The notes below the pieces were generated by a model that saw only the letters and a program-made list of their open reading frames with translations, had not been told where the DNA came from and searched no databases. From Longivirga aurantiaca (GTDB lineage Bacteria; Actinomycetota; Actinomycetes; S36-B12; CAIYMF01): a DNA stretch of 32,000 nt. How positions within the stretch are numbered: position 1 is the stretch's first letter; each line of letters starts with the position of its first letter. The stretch lies in NCBI RefSeq assembly GCF_042660085.1, contig NZ_JBHSTI010000008.1, positions 1,479,876 through 1,511,875 on the forward strand. The letters run 5' to 3'. The position numbers and the translations under genes were made by a program. This document shows positions 1 to 9,708 of the stretch, piece by piece.

Positions 1-429
1 CCGGCCGACGAGGCGGCCGTCGCCAAGGCCCTGGCCGAGGGCGGCGACCCGCAGGGCACCGTGCAGGACCCGACCATCACGATCCACACCGCGACCGACC
101 CCCTCGTGCTCTCGCAGAACCAGACGTTCCTCCTCGACCGCTACCGGGCGGCGCAGAAGGCGGGGAAGACCAAGGCGGAGCTCGTGCAGCTCTTCACGGT
201 GGCTCCGGCGACCTACCCGGAGGACCCGGGTGCGCCGTACGGTGCGGGCCACTGCAACTTCACGCCCGAGTCGCGGCTCGCCGTGATCGACCTGCTGGTG
301 CGGTGGGTCCAGGACGGCGTCTACCCCGGCAGGACCGCGATCGCCGACGCGATGGGTACGTCGTCCGGCTACGCGCCTCTCTGGACCCCCGGCCCCTGGC
401 CGGACCCCGAGGCCCTGACGGCGGGCTGA
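1..429 (+). CDS. C-terminal part of an alpha/beta-hydrolase-like protein (5' end outside window)
   Basis: Frame 1 is open from base 1 (PADEAAVAKALAEGG...) to TGA 427-429, with high third-position G+C. HTATDPLV and GAGHCNF resemble the Asp/His end of a hydrolase triad. The product call is by eye only. Confidence 0.5.
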   Translation, partial: PADEAAVAKALAEGGDPQGTVQDPTITIHTATDPLVLSQNQTFLLDRYRAAQKAGKTKAELVQLFTVAPATYPEDPGAPYGAGHCNFTPESRLAVIDLLVRWVQDGVYPGRTAIADAMGTSSGYAPLWTPGPWPDPEALTAG

Positions 430-438
430 GACGGACCG

Positions 439-849
439 TCAGGCCGAGGTGCGTGAGCGACGGGGGCGGGTCGCGACCTGCGCGACGCAGGCAGGCACGG
501 TCTCCAAGGCGCTGTGGTCGCGTGAGCGGTACTGCGAAGGCGTCTCTCCGACGATCTCGGTGAACCTGGCGCTGAAGGATCCCAGCGAGGTGCAGCCGAC
601 GGCCATGCAGGTGTCGGTGACCGACATCCCCTGCCGCAGAAGGGATGCAGCGCGCTCGATACGTCGCGTCATGAGGTACGAGTACGGCGTCTCGCCGTAG
701 GCCGCCCGGAACCTGCGGGAGAAGTGGGCCGGCGACATCAGTGCGGCGCGCGCCATGGTCGGCACGTCCAGGGGCCTCGCGTACTCGCGGTCCATGAGGT
801 CGCGCGCCCGCCGCAGGTGCGCGAGGTCGGCGAGCTCCTCCGGCGTCAT
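439..849 (-). CDS. AraC/XylS-family HTH transcriptional regulator (short, DNA-binding domain only)
   Basis: The 136-aa ORF starts at ATG. It has the typical AraC HTH_18 pattern ...SPAHFSRRFRAAYGETPYSYLMTRRIERAASLL...VTDTCMAVGCTSLGSFSARF... No N-terminal sensor domain is present. Confidence 0.85.
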   Translation of the reverse strand: MTPEELADLAHLRRARDLMDREYARPLDVPTMARAALMSPAHFSRRFRAAYGETPYSYLMTRRIERAASLLRQGMSVTDTCMAVGCTSLGSFSARFTEIVGETPSQYRSRDHSALETVPACVAQVATRPRRSRTSA

Positions 850-865
850 GGGACGACGGTACGCG

Positions 866-2059
866 TCAGCGACGGCGGCTGTGGAGCACCGCCCCCGACA
901 CCGTGAGCAGCGCCGCAGCGGCGACGACGCACCAGGCGACGGCGACGGGCGACCCGTGTCCCACCGTGAGCACGAGCACGACGAGGACGACCACCGACCC
1001 CCAGACGAGCCCGGCCGCGGCGGGGTCGTCGGCGGCGAGCCGGTCGTAGAGCACCAGCGACGCCGCGGAGAGTGCGACGCCGGCGAGAACGAAGACGCCG
1101 GCGGACGCGGCGGCCACGTCGTACTCGGGCCCGAGCACGAGCGGCACGAGCCGCGGGCCGAGCAGCACGGCCCCGAGGATCTCGACAGCGCCGAGCACGC
1201 CGAGCAGCAGGGCGGCCCGGGCGAGGGCGCCCCGTTCGCCGCGGGCCAGCCGGGGGAACGCCGCGATCACGACCGCCTGCGGCAGCCAGAAGGCGATCTT
1301 GGCCAGGATGGCGCCGGCGGCGTACTGGCCCGCGTCGCCGGGGTCGAGGATCGCGCGCGCCAGGAGGACGTCCGCGGAGGTCAGCACGAACATCGCGAGC
1401 AGCGCGAAGGTGGCGCGTCCGGTCTCCCACGCCAGGTCGCGCGGCACCCGACCCGGCCAGGGGAGGCGGATGCGGGCCAGCGGCGCCGCCACGAGCCAGC
1501 CGAGCACGGAGCCGACGAGGACGGCGAGCACCGTCGCGGTGACGCTCCGCGTGACGAGGAGGGTGCCGAGCGCGAGACCGCTGCGCAGGACAGCGATGAC
1601 GGCGTACTGGCCGGAGAGGGCGAGGAAGCGGTCGTTGCCCTGGGTGGTCCCGAGGGCGAGACCGGTCAGCGTGAGCGGGAGGAACGCCACGGCCAGCGCC
1701 GCGAGCGGGAGCAGGTCGAGGTCGAGCACCGCCGCCGCGAACGGCACGAGCAGGAGCGCGAGTGCCGCCTCGGCAGCGCCCGCGGACAGCGCGACGTGCC
1801 CGTGCGCGTCGCTGGGTCCGCCGCGGGCGATGCGGCGTGCGACGACGGCCTGGACGGCGAGTGCCACCACGTTGCCGATGAGCAGCACGCCGAGCAGGGC
1901 GCCGAGCTCGCCGAACGACGAGGGTCCGAGCACCCTTGCGCCGACGACGTTGAGCGCGTACCCGAGGACCTGGCCGACGGCGAGCCCGAGGACCAGCAGA
2001 GCGCTGCTGCCGAGCAGTGCCTCACGTCGGGTGACGGACGTCGAGGGAGACTCGCTCAC
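866..2059 (-). CDS. Polysaccharide/oligosaccharide flippase-like membrane protein (Wzx/RfbX, MOP-superfamily-like)
   Basis: I trimmed track ORF 866..2359 to GTG (cac 2057-2059; VSESPSTSVTRREALLGSSALLVLG...). The upstream 100 codons are Arg/Glu-rich and run into the divergent gene. About 400 aa are almost entirely hydrophobic multi-span sequence. Confidence 0.7.
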   Translation of the reverse strand: MSESPSTSVTRREALLGSSALLVLGLAVGQVLGYALNVVGARVLGPSSFGELGALLGVLLIGNVVALAVQAVVARRIARGGPSDAHGHVALSAGAAEAALALLLVPFAAAVLDLDLLPLAALAVAFLPLTLTGLALGTTQGNDRFLALSGQYAVIAVLRSGLALGTLLVTRSVTATVLAVLVGSVLGWLVAAPLARIRLPWPGRVPRDLAWETGRATFALLAMFVLTSADVLLARAILDPGDAGQYAAGAILAKIAFWLPQAVVIAAFPRLARGERGALARAALLLGVLGAVEILGAVLLGPRLVPLVLGPEYDVAAASAGVFVLAGVALSAASLVLYDRLAADDPAAAGLVWGSVVVLVVLVLTVGHGSPVAVAWCVVAAAALLTVSGAVLHSRRR

Positions 2060-2131
2060 CCTGCTCCCTCGGTCGTCGCACGCGGACGCGTCAGAATAGG
2101 GCGTTCCCACCCGCCGAAGCCTGGAGGCCGC

Positions 2132-3901
2132 GTGACCCGTCGCGCGCTCTCCCTCGTCTCCGCGCTCGGCCTGGCGGTGCTGGTGCTCGGGCCGGCCCTC
2201 GCCCCGGGGTACGTCCTGCTCTACGACATGGTCTTCGTGCCGCGCCAGGACCTGCTGCCGGCGTCGATCGGGCTCGGCGGCCAGCTGCCCCGCGCGGTCC
2301 CGCAGGACGCCGTGCTCGCAGCGCTCACCACCCTCGCGCCCGGATCGGTGTGGCAGCACCTCGCGCTCCTCGGCGCCGTCGCGGGCGGGGCGCTCGGCGC
2401 TGCCCGACTGCTGAGGGGCGCCGGGGCCGCCGCCCGTGCCGCCGCCGCCGTGCTGTTCGTCTGGAGCGCCTTCTTCGCGGAGAGGCTGCTGCTCGGCAGC
2501 TGGTCGTTGCTCGTGGCGGTCGCCGTCCTCCCGTGGGCGCTGTCGGCGGCGATCGACGCGCGCCGCGCGCTGCCCGGTGCTGCCGCCCGTCTGATCCTGC
2601 TCGTCGGCCTGGCGAGCCTCACTCCGACCGGCGGCATCCTCGCCTGCCTCCTGGCCGGACCTGTCGCCCTCGGGCCCGGCTCACGGCTCGGCCGGGCCCG
2701 CCGTGCGTGGACGGCTCTCGCGCTGGTGGCGCTGCAGCTGCCCTGGCTGGTGCCGTCGCTGCTCCATCCTGCGGCGGGAGCGTCGGATCCCAACGGGCTC
2801 AAGGCCTTCGCTCTGCGGGCCGAAGGCCCGTGGGGTGCTCTCGTCACTGCGCTGGGCACGGGTGGTGTGTGGAACGGCGAGGTCGTCCTCGGCTCGCGGT
2901 CGACCTTCCTCGCACCCCTCGCCGCGGTGCTGCTCACGGTGCTCGTCGTCCTCGGAGCACCAGCGCTGGTGAGGCACCTCGGCCGCGCCGCCGCGCTCTG
3001 GCTCGTGGTCTGCGCCGTCGCGGGGATCGTCGTCGCGGTCGCCGGTGCGTGGGGACCGACCCGACCGCTCGTGCTCGCCGCCGTGGACGCGCTCCCTGGG
3101 GGAGGGCTGCTGCGCGACGGGCAGAAGTGGTTGGCCCCGTGGACGCTGCTGGTCGCCGTCGCGGCGCCGCTCGGTCTGGGTCGGATCGCGGAGCGCTCGC
3201 GCGACGCCACGGTGCGCGCGACGCTGGCGGTCGGGCTCGTGCTGCTGCCGATGGCGACCATGCCCGACCTCGTCTGGGGCGGTCTCGGCCGTATGCAGAC
3301 GACGAGCTACCCGGACGACTGGGCCGAGGTGCGGACCGTGCTCGAGGCCGACGCCGCTGGCGGCGACGTCGCGGTGCTCCCGTGGTCGGCGTTCCGTGCG
3401 TTCGCCTGGAACGGCGGGCGCACGTCGCTGGACCCGGCTCCGCGCTACCTCCCACGGCCGACCGTGGTCGACGACACGCTGCTCGTGGCTCGTCCGGACG
3501 GCACCGTGCTCCGGGTCAGCGGCGAGGACCCTCGGGCGGCCGTCGTCGGCGCCGCGCTCGACGCCGGGAGGCCGCTCGCCCAGACACTGCCGGCGCTCGG
3601 CGTGCGGTACGTGGTCGTCGAGCTGACGACACCCGGGCCTGATGTCGGATCGGCGCTCGACGGGCTGACCCCGGTCGTGCGGGGCAGCACGCTGGAGCTC
3701 TGGTCCGTGCCGGGCACGGTGGCGCCGCCAACCGGGCCGAGCGCGCGCGACCTCGTCCTGGTCGTGCTCGCGTGGGTGGCTGCAGGTCTCGTCCTGATCA
3801 CGGCTGGGCTGCAGGTAGGACGCGCGTACACCGGAGGGCGACGCAGGGACCCTGGTCTTGCTACCCTCCGGGCAGTCGACCAGTCCAAGGAGAACACGTG
3901 A
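2132..3901 (+). CDS. Polytopic membrane protein, GT-C-like putative glycosyltransferase (589 aa)
   Basis: Real start is taken as GTG 2132, preceded by ggagg at 2123-2127. The 5' 1.4 kb of track ORF 755..3901 is antisense to the flippase. There are many TM spans followed by a soluble C-terminal domain and a final TM segment. Function is inferred from context next to the AftD-like gene. Confidence 0.7.
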   Translation: MTRRALSLVSALGLAVLVLGPALAPGYVLLYDMVFVPRQDLLPASIGLGGQLPRAVPQDAVLAALTTLAPGSVWQHLALLGAVAGGALGAARLLRGAGAAARAAAAVLFVWSAFFAERLLLGSWSLLVAVAVLPWALSAAIDARRALPGAAARLILLVGLASLTPTGGILACLLAGPVALGPGSRLGRARRAWTALALVALQLPWLVPSLLHPAAGASDPNGLKAFALRAEGPWGALVTALGTGGVWNGEVVLGSRSTFLAPLAAVLLTVLVVLGAPALVRHLGRAAALWLVVCAVAGIVVAVAGAWGPTRPLVLAAVDALPGGGLLRDGQKWLAPWTLLVAVAAPLGLGRIAERSRDATVRATLAVGLVLLPMATMPDLVWGGLGRMQTTSYPDDWAEVRTVLEADAAGGDVAVLPWSAFRAFAWNGGRTSLDPAPRYLPRPTVVDDTLLVARPDGTVLRVSGEDPRAAVVGAALDAGRPLAQTLPALGVRYVVVELTTPGPDVGSALDGLTPVVRGSTLELWSVPGTVAPPTGPSARDLVLVVLAWVAAGLVLITAGLQVGRAYTGGRRRDPGLATLRAVDQSKENT

Positions 3902-4038
3902 GCGGGATCGCAGGGGCACTCATCGCCGCCGTCGTCGGAGGCGTGATCGCCGGAGGCGCGTCGTTCGGCCTCGTGTCGTCGCAGACCGCCGTCCCGGCTC
4001 CGGTCGACAGGGAGTACGTCGTCTACGGCACCAACTAG
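3898..4038 (+). CDS. Small membrane/secreted protein, DUF2613-like (46 aa)
   Basis: GTG 3898 overlaps the stop of the upstream gene (GTGA), with aaggag 8-10 nt upstream. The sequence is VSGIAGALIAAVVGGVIAGGASFGLVSSQTAVPAPVDREYVVYGTN. From memory it resembles Rv0236A, the mini-protein next to aftD in mycobacteria. Confidence 0.6.
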   Translation: MSGIAGALIAAVVGGVIAGGASFGLVSSQTAVPAPVDREYVVYGTN

Positions 4039-4067
4039 AGCCTTTCCCGGGCGAACCGGGACACCAC

Positions 4068-4100
4068 GAGGCTCGCGCGGACGATGTCCGCGCGGGCCTC
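4068..4100. terminator. GC-rich hairpin between convergent genes (bidirectional terminator candidate)
   Basis: Perfect 9-bp stem cgcgcggac (4074-4082) / gtccgcgcg (4086-4094) with loop gat, extended by gaggct/ggcctc. A second small hairpin, tcccgg-gcgaa-ccggga, lies at about 4046-4062. Confidence 0.5.
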
Positions 4101-4131
4101 GTCGTGCCAGGTGGGTGGGGCTGCGGGAGGG

Positions 4132-4878
4132 CTAGTACGGGTCGTACGGCGAGTCGTGCTTCATCGCCTTGAGCACCGGCGTCGCGTGCAGGCGACGGGC
4201 GGCCTTGATCGTGACGTTGCGGCTGAACCACGGCAGCTCTGCCATGAGCCGCTTGCGATCCGCGCCGGTCGGTGCGGCCCGGTCGAACACCGCCATCGTG
4301 GTCTCGCGCCGGAGGTAGCGCAGCCGTCCGCGCACCAGCACGTGGTGCAGGAGCGCCGAGGTGACGCCGACCGAGCAGAACGAGTCGTGGATCAGCGTCA
4401 GGGCGCCGAGCGACAGGTGCTCGGTCCAGCCGAGGTCGTCCACGACGGTCCAGTAGTCGTGCTTGCCGTCGATGTAGAGCAGGTCGATGTCGCCGCTCCA
4501 CGTCGTCAACGCGTCCTGCGACTTCATCGGGAGCAGGTCCACGACACCGGTCAGGCCGGCCGCGGCGATGTTCGCCTCGAACTTCGCCCGCGTCGACTGG
4601 CCGCCGAACATCGCCCCTTCGACGAACGGGTCGATCGCGGTGACACGAGCGCCGACCGAGGCGGCGGCGAGGCCGAGCACGACGGTCGAACGCCCCTGGT
4701 GGCTGCCGATCTCGACGATCCGGCCACCTGGCGTCAGGTGGCGTGCGGAGTCCCACAGGAGCCGGCCCTGCGCCTCGGTGAGCCAGCCGCCGACCGTGTC
4801 GGCGAGGGCCCAGGCGTCCTCGAAACGCACTGCATCACCCGCTGGGGTTCCGGAGGGGGTCGTCGGCACGGGCGTCAC
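4132..4878 (-). CDS. Class I SAM-dependent methyltransferase (Methyltransf_24-like)
   Basis: I trimmed track ORF 4132..5226 to GTG at 4876-4878 (VTPVPTT...). An alternative GTG lies at 4828-4830 (VRFEDAW...). The motif-I-like sequence is RIVEIGSHQGRSTVVLG. The upstream part of the ORF is an Arg-rich alternate frame of the AftD-like gene. Confidence 0.75.
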   Translation of the reverse strand: MTPVPTTPSGTPAGDAVRFEDAWALADTVGGWLTEAQGRLLWDSARHLTPGGRIVEIGSHQGRSTVVLGLAAASVGARVTAIDPFVEGAMFGGQSTRAKFEANIAAAGLTGVVDLLPMKSQDALTTWSGDIDLLYIDGKHDYWTVVDDLGWTEHLSLGALTLIHDSFCSVGVTSALLHHVLVRGRLRYLRRETTMAVFDRAAPTGADRKRLMAELPWFSRNVTIKAARRLHATPVLKAMKHDSPYDPY

Positions 4879-4892
4879 CTTATGCTGCGCCG

Positions 4893-7800
4893 GTGGCGGT
4901 GACCGAAGGCCCGGCGTACGCGGGCCCCCGGCACGAGCAGCGGTCGGGTAGGCGCAGCGCGCGCATCGCCGACGCCGTGGTGCTCGGGGTGCTGGCGGTC
5001 GTGCTCCTGACGCAGGATCCGGGCCGGACGCGCTTCGACACCAAGCTCGACCTCGTCGTGGATCCGTGGGGCTTCCTCGCCCGCGCGTTCTCGGCCTGGG
5101 ACTCCTCGGCCGGGTTCGGCCAGCTGCAGAACCAGGCGTACGGCTACCTCTTCCCGATGGGCCCGTTCTTCGGCGTCGCGCACTCCGCAGGACTGCCGAC
5201 CTGGCTGACCCAGGCGCTATGGGCATGGGTGCTGCTGGCCGTCGCCTACCTCGGCCTGAGGGTGCTCGCGACGCGCCTGGGGCTCCCGTGGTACGCCGCG
5301 GTGCTCGGTGCCGCGGCCTACGCGCTGGCGCCGCGCATGGTCACGGTGATCGGTCCGCTCTCGGCGGAGGCGCTGCCCGCCGCGCTGCTGCCCTGGACCC
5401 TCGTGCCGCTCGTACGGCCCGGCGCCACCGTGCGTCGCACGGCCTTCCTGGCCGCGCTGCCCGTGCTCCTCATGGGGGCCGCGAACGCGACCCTGACCCT
5501 CGCCGTGCTCCCGGTGACGGCGGTCTGGATCGTCACGCGGGGCGCCGGCCGCTGGCGCCTGCTCGCGTGGTGGTCGGGCTTCGTCGCCGCCTTCACCGCC
5601 TGGTGGATCGTGCCGCTGCTCGTGCAGGCGAGGTACGCGACGCCGTTCCTGTCGTTCATCGAGAGCGGGCGCGACACGACGTCGGGCCTCACACCCGCGG
5701 AGGTGCTGCGCGGCGACGTCCACTGGGTTGCCGGCTTCGTCGACCTCGGCGTGCCGTGGTGGCCCGCGGGCTACCAGTACGCCGCGGTCACGACCTACGT
5801 CGTGCTCACCCTGCTCGTCGCCGCGGTGTCGGTGCTCGGCCTCGCCGGCTCGCGCATGCCCGAGCGACGGGCGAACGCGACGGCGGCGCTCCTCGGTCTG
5901 GTCGTCCTCGCGGCCGGCTCGTCGCTCGCGCCGGGGCGCAGCGTCTGGTGGATGCTGCTCGACGGCCCGTTGGCGCCGTTCCGCAACGTGCACAAGTTCG
6001 ACCCGATGCTGCGGCTGCCGCTCGCCCTGGGCTTCGCGGCCGGGATCGCCTGGGTGACCGTGCAGGTCTCGCAGCGGATGCGCCGCAGGGCACGGGCGGG
6101 CGACCTCCCGCCGCCGTGGCCCGCACTCCCGGGGCTCGCGGCGGTGGCGCTGCTCGCCGTCGTCGCCGTACCGCTCGTCTCGCCAGGCATCGCCGCGGGA
6201 CGCACCTGGACGCAGATCCCGCCGTGGTGGCAGCAGACAGCCGACTGGCTCGCCGGGCCCGGAGGCGGCGAGCGCGCGCTGGTCGTCCCGGGCTCGGGCT
6301 TCGGGCGCTACCTGTGGGGCCGCACGATCGACGAGCCGCTGCAGCCGCTGTCCGACAGCCCGTGGGCGATCGACAACGACCTGCCGCTGGGGAGCATCGG
6401 GAGCGCTCGTTTGCTCGACAGCATCTCGATGGCGCTGCGCACCGGGCATGCCGCTCCGGGGCTCGCAGACACGTTGCGCCGCAGCGGCATCCGCTATGTC
6501 GTCGTGCGCAACGACATCGACTCCGACCGCGCGCTCGCGCCGTCGCGCTCGGTGGTGGCGGCGACGCTCCAGGCGAGCGAGGGCGTCGAGCTCGCCGCCG
6601 GTTTCGGCGACGACGTGGTGCAGGGGAGCGCGATCACCACGGTCGACTTCGACCGCGACGCCTCCCGTCCCGCCATCGAGGTCTACCGCGTCGTGGGCGC
6701 TGCGCCAATCGTCTCCGCGACGCCCCTGTCGCAGGTACGCGTGATGACCGGCGGGCCCGAGTCGCTCCTGCCCGCGGCTGCCGCCGACCTCCTGCGCAGC
6801 TCAGACCCCGTGGTCTTCACCGGTGACTCGCCGCCCGCGTCTGCGGGCGGCGGACTGGTGCTGACCGATGGGCTCCTGCGGCGCGACCGCGCGCTCGGCC
6901 GGGGCGACGACTCGCTCTCGGCGGTGCTCACGGCCGAGGAGTCGAGCCGGCTCTACCGCCGGGGCACCGACCTCGTCCCCTTCGCCGCGCCGGAGCTCAC
7001 GACCGCGTCGTACGACGGGATCCGGGCGCTCTCGGCGTCGACGTCGCAGGCCTTCGCCGATGCGGTGGGCAGCCTGCGCGTCGAACGTCAGCCCTTCGCG
7101 GCGTTGGACGGCGCCCTCACCAGCTGGTGGCAGTCGAGCGTCGTCACCGGTCCGGTCGGGCAGTGGTGGCAGGTCGACCTCCTCGGGCCCACGGACCTGC
7201 GCGGCATGACGGTGACGCTCGCGCAGAGCCCGTTCGTCGGCGGCCGGGTGACGCGTGTGCAGCTCACCACCGACGTCGGGTCGTGGACGGCGGACGTCGA
7301 CGCCGCCGGCACGATCGGCCCGCAGCGCGTGGACGCCCTGGTCGGTGCGTCGACGCTGCGGGTGACGGCGCTCGAGGCCGAGGCGGCCGTCGGCGACTTC
7401 GGGATCCGCGAGGTCGCCCTGCCCACCGTCGAGGCGTCCCGGCCGCTGCTGCTCGCGGCCGCGCCGGCCGGTCGGGCGGCGGACACGTCGGTGGTGCTCA
7501 CCGCGGTGTCGCCCGCGCGGAACGCCTGCGCGAGCGTGGACGACGAGGTGCGCTGCGACCCGACCGCCACCCGCTCCGAGGGCGACGCCGGGGTGCTCGA
7601 CCGGTCGCTCACCGTCGGCTCGGTCGTCACGGGCGACCTGCGGATCTCGGGCGTGATCCGCTCCGGCCCGGGCGCCGCGGGGCTCTTCGACCCGGTGGGG
7701 GCGGGGATCACCGCTCGCGCATCGAGCTGGCTGGGCAGCGACGTGCGCGTGCGACCGTCCGCCGCGGTGGACGGCGACCCGGGCACACGCTGGGTCGCGG

Positions 7801-8966
7801 ACGTCGGCGACACCGCGCCGGTGCTCACGCTCGACCTGGGCCAGACGCGGCAGATCTCGTCGCTGAGGTTCGTGACAGGCACGGGAGGCCAGCGGTTCAG
7901 CACGCCTCTCGCCGTCACCGTGGTGGTGGGCGGCCGGAGCGTCGAGGCAGACCTGCGGTCCTCTCCTGTGGTGACGTTCCCGCCGACGCCGGCCTCACGC
8001 GTCACTGTGACCGTACGTCGGAGCACACCTGTCGCCTCCGTCGACGGCGCCTCGGGACGGGCGACGCAGGCGCCGGTAGCGGTGGACGAGGTGGTCCTCG
8101 CCGGCGCCGAGGACCTCGTCTATCGCCCCGACCTCGCGGCTGCGACAGGGGCGCTCTGCGGTCTCGGCCCGACGGTCGTCATCGACGGCTCGGAGCGGTC
8201 GACCCTCGTCACCACCACGCTGGCCGACGTCCTGCGCGGCGCGGAGGCGAGCGTGCGGGTGTGCCGCGGGAACGCGGGGGTGACCCTCTCTCCGGGGACC
8301 CACCGCGTAACCGTGCGGGGCACCGCGCTGGTCGACCCGGTCCGGGTCGCGTGGGGCAGCACCTCGCCGCCGGCGGCCGGGCGCCTCACCGTGGTGACCG
8401 CCTGGGACGAGACCAGACGCACGGTCATGGTCGCAAGCGGGCCGGAATCGGTTCTGCGCGTCGCGGAGTCGGCAAACGCGGGATGGGTCGCGACGCTCGA
8501 CGACCAGGTCCTCACCCCGGTCCGCCTCGACGGCTGGCAGCAGGGCTGGATCGTCCCGGCCGGGGCGTCGGGCGTCGTCACCCTCGAGTACCGGCCCACG
8601 TCGGTGCAGCAGTCGGGCCTGCTCGCCGGCGCAGTGCTCGCGCTCCTGGGGCTCCTGCTGGGCCTCGTCGCACCGGGGCGCGGCTCCCGGTGGTCGCGCG
8701 CAGCGTCCCGGCCGATGCCCCTCGCCGCCGTGGTGGTCGTCCAGGTCGGCGTCGCCGTCCTGCTGCTCGGCGTGGTCGGCATCGTGGCGGGGGCGGCCGC
8801 CGCGGTCGGGGTGGGACGGCGCTGGTCGTCCGTCGTGGCCGGTGCGTCGGTGCTGGGGGCGGCGGCGGCCGCAGGTGCCGGCGCTCCGACGGCGCTCACG
8901 AGCGCCCTTGCCCTCGGGGGCCTTCTGCTCGCGCTCGGCACCGCCCTCAGGCGTCGCGGCGGATGA
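4893..8966 (+). CDS. AftD-like alpha-(1->3)-arabinofuranosyltransferase family protein (DUF3367-type GT-C with discoidin/F5-8-type-C-like domains), 1357 aa
   Basis: The N-terminus DTKLDLVVDPWGFLARAFSAWDSSAGFGQLQNQAYGYLFPMGPFFG matches the signature I remember for mycobacterial AftD (Rv0236c). It has a multi-TM N-terminal third and C-terminal TM segments. Internal DGDPGTRWVADVGDTAPVLTLDLGQTRQISSLRF and WWQVDLLGPTDLRGMTVTL are discoidin-like. GTG start; the exact start is uncertain. Confidence 0.9.
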   Translation: MAVTEGPAYAGPRHEQRSGRRSARIADAVVLGVLAVVLLTQDPGRTRFDTKLDLVVDPWGFLARAFSAWDSSAGFGQLQNQAYGYLFPMGPFFGVAHSAGLPTWLTQALWAWVLLAVAYLGLRVLATRLGLPWYAAVLGAAAYALAPRMVTVIGPLSAEALPAALLPWTLVPLVRPGATVRRTAFLAALPVLLMGAANATLTLAVLPVTAVWIVTRGAGRWRLLAWWSGFVAAFTAWWIVPLLVQARYATPFLSFIESGRDTTSGLTPAEVLRGDVHWVAGFVDLGVPWWPAGYQYAAVTTYVVLTLLVAAVSVLGLAGSRMPERRANATAALLGLVVLAAGSSLAPGRSVWWMLLDGPLAPFRNVHKFDPMLRLPLALGFAAGIAWVTVQVSQRMRRRARAGDLPPPWPALPGLAAVALLAVVAVPLVSPGIAAGRTWTQIPPWWQQTADWLAGPGGGERALVVPGSGFGRYLWGRTIDEPLQPLSDSPWAIDNDLPLGSIGSARLLDSISMALRTGHAAPGLADTLRRSGIRYVVVRNDIDSDRALAPSRSVVAATLQASEGVELAAGFGDDVVQGSAITTVDFDRDASRPAIEVYRVVGAAPIVSATPLSQVRVMTGGPESLLPAAAADLLRSSDPVVFTGDSPPASAGGGLVLTDGLLRRDRALGRGDDSLSAVLTAEESSRLYRRGTDLVPFAAPELTTASYDGIRALSASTSQAFADAVGSLRVERQPFAALDGALTSWWQSSVVTGPVGQWWQVDLLGPTDLRGMTVTLAQSPFVGGRVTRVQLTTDVGSWTADVDAAGTIGPQRVDALVGASTLRVTALEAEAAVGDFGIREVALPTVEASRPLLLAAAPAGRAADTSVVLTAVSPARNACASVDDEVRCDPTATRSEGDAGVLDRSLTVGSVVTGDLRISGVIRSGPGAAGLFDPVGAGITARASSWLGSDVRVRPSAAVDGDPGTRWVADVGDTAPVLTLDLGQTRQISSLRFVTGTGGQRFSTPLAVTVVVGGRSVEADLRSSPVVTFPPTPASRVTVTVRRSTPVASVDGASGRATQAPVAVDEVVLAGAEDLVYRPDLAAATGALCGLGPTVVIDGSERSTLVTTTLADVLRGAEASVRVCRGNAGVTLSPGTHRVTVRGTALVDPVRVAWGSTSPPAAGRLTVVTAWDETRRTVMVASGPESVLRVAESANAGWVATLDDQVLTPVRLDGWQQGWIVPAGASGVVTLEYRPTSVQQSGLLAGAVLALLGLLLGLVAPGRGSRWSRAASRPMPLAAVVVVQVGVAVLLLGVVGIVAGAAAAVGVGRRWSSVVAGASVLGAAAAAGAGAPTALTSALALGGLLLALGTALRRRGG

Positions 8967-9708
8967 GGATGCGGCGGTAGTGCCAGTGACCGCCGTACGA
9001 CGGGTCGTCCCAGTGGTCGAGCACCTGGCCGCCTGATGCCGACACCACCTGCTCCACCTGCTCGAGCGTGAGCTGCTGCATGCGCATCGGCGCCGGATAG
9101 CCGAGCACCCTGCGCTGCAGCCAGCCGTACAGGCCCGGGGGCAGGAACCGGAAGGCGCGCCCCTTGATCGAGGTGTCGGGCTGGTCGGCCACCTGCACCA
9201 GCGCCGTCCCGCCCGGGCGCAGCACGCGCAGGAACTCGCCGACGTACCCGATCGCGAGCTCGGCAGGCATGTGCTGCAGGACGAGGCTCGTGTAGACGAG
9301 GTCGACCGTGGCGTCCCGCAGCGGCAGCACCGGCGACGAGCTGAGGACCGGGCTGAACCGGGCCACCACGTCCTCGGGGACGACGTCACGCGACCGGCGG
9401 AGCATCGGCTCGGAGATGTCTACTCCCACGACATGCCTCGTGCGCGCCGCGAGCGCAGAGCTGAGACGCCCGACGCCGCAGCCGAAGTCGAGCACCACGG
9501 CGTCCGGGGAGGGCTCGAGTCCGGTCGCCCGCGCGTGCTGGCTCCACGACTCCGCGATCTCGCGGCTACCCGTGGCCAGGAACTCGGTGACGTCCCAGCG
9601 GTCCCCGCGCACGCCGTCCTTGACGTAGACCGCCCAGAGCGGGTCGGCGGCCCCCAGGGTCTCCCAATCGGCGCGGAGGCGGCGGAGCTCGTCGTCCTCA
9701 GAGCTCAC
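8947..9708 (-). CDS. Class I SAM-dependent methyltransferase
   Basis: Only the last 253 codons of track ORF 8947..10770 look genuine, starting at GTG 9706-9708 (VSSEDDELRRL...). Motif I is VVLDFGCGVGRLSSALA. The start overlaps the GT4 stop by 4 bp (GTGA), and the 3' end overlaps the AftD-like stop by 20 bp. Confidence 0.8.
   Translation of the reverse strand: MSSEDDELRRLRADWETLGAADPLWAVYVKDGVRGDRWDVTEFLATGSREIAESWSQHARATGLEPSPDAVVLDFGCGVGRLSSALAARTRHVVGVDISEPMLRRSRDVVPEDVVARFSPVLSSSPVLPLRDATVDLVYTSLVLQHMPAELAIGYVGEFLRVLRPGGTALVQVADQPDTSIKGRAFRFLPPGLYGWLQRRVLGYPAPMRMQQLTLEQVEQVVSASGGQVLDHWDDPSYGGHWHYRRILIRRDA

Noticed and set aside
755-2131. The N-terminal 459 codons of the 1048-aa ORF 755..3901, and the first 100 codons of ORF 866..2359.
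   Set aside because: These extensions are antisense to, or overlap, the neighbouring genes. They are Arg/Glu/Asp/His-rich with no hydrophobic character. Sensible GTG starts with an RBS or proper N-termini exist at 2132 and 2059.
5066-8980. Several 300-600-aa ORFs in other frames or strands across the AftD-like gene (5066..6826, 7127..8980, 5217..6449, 7995..9389, etc.).
   Set aside because: They have the Arg/Ala/Gly/Pro-rich composition typical of off-frame translation of GC-rich coding DNA. The 4893..8966 frame has the conserved AftD N-terminus, TM segments and discoidin motifs.
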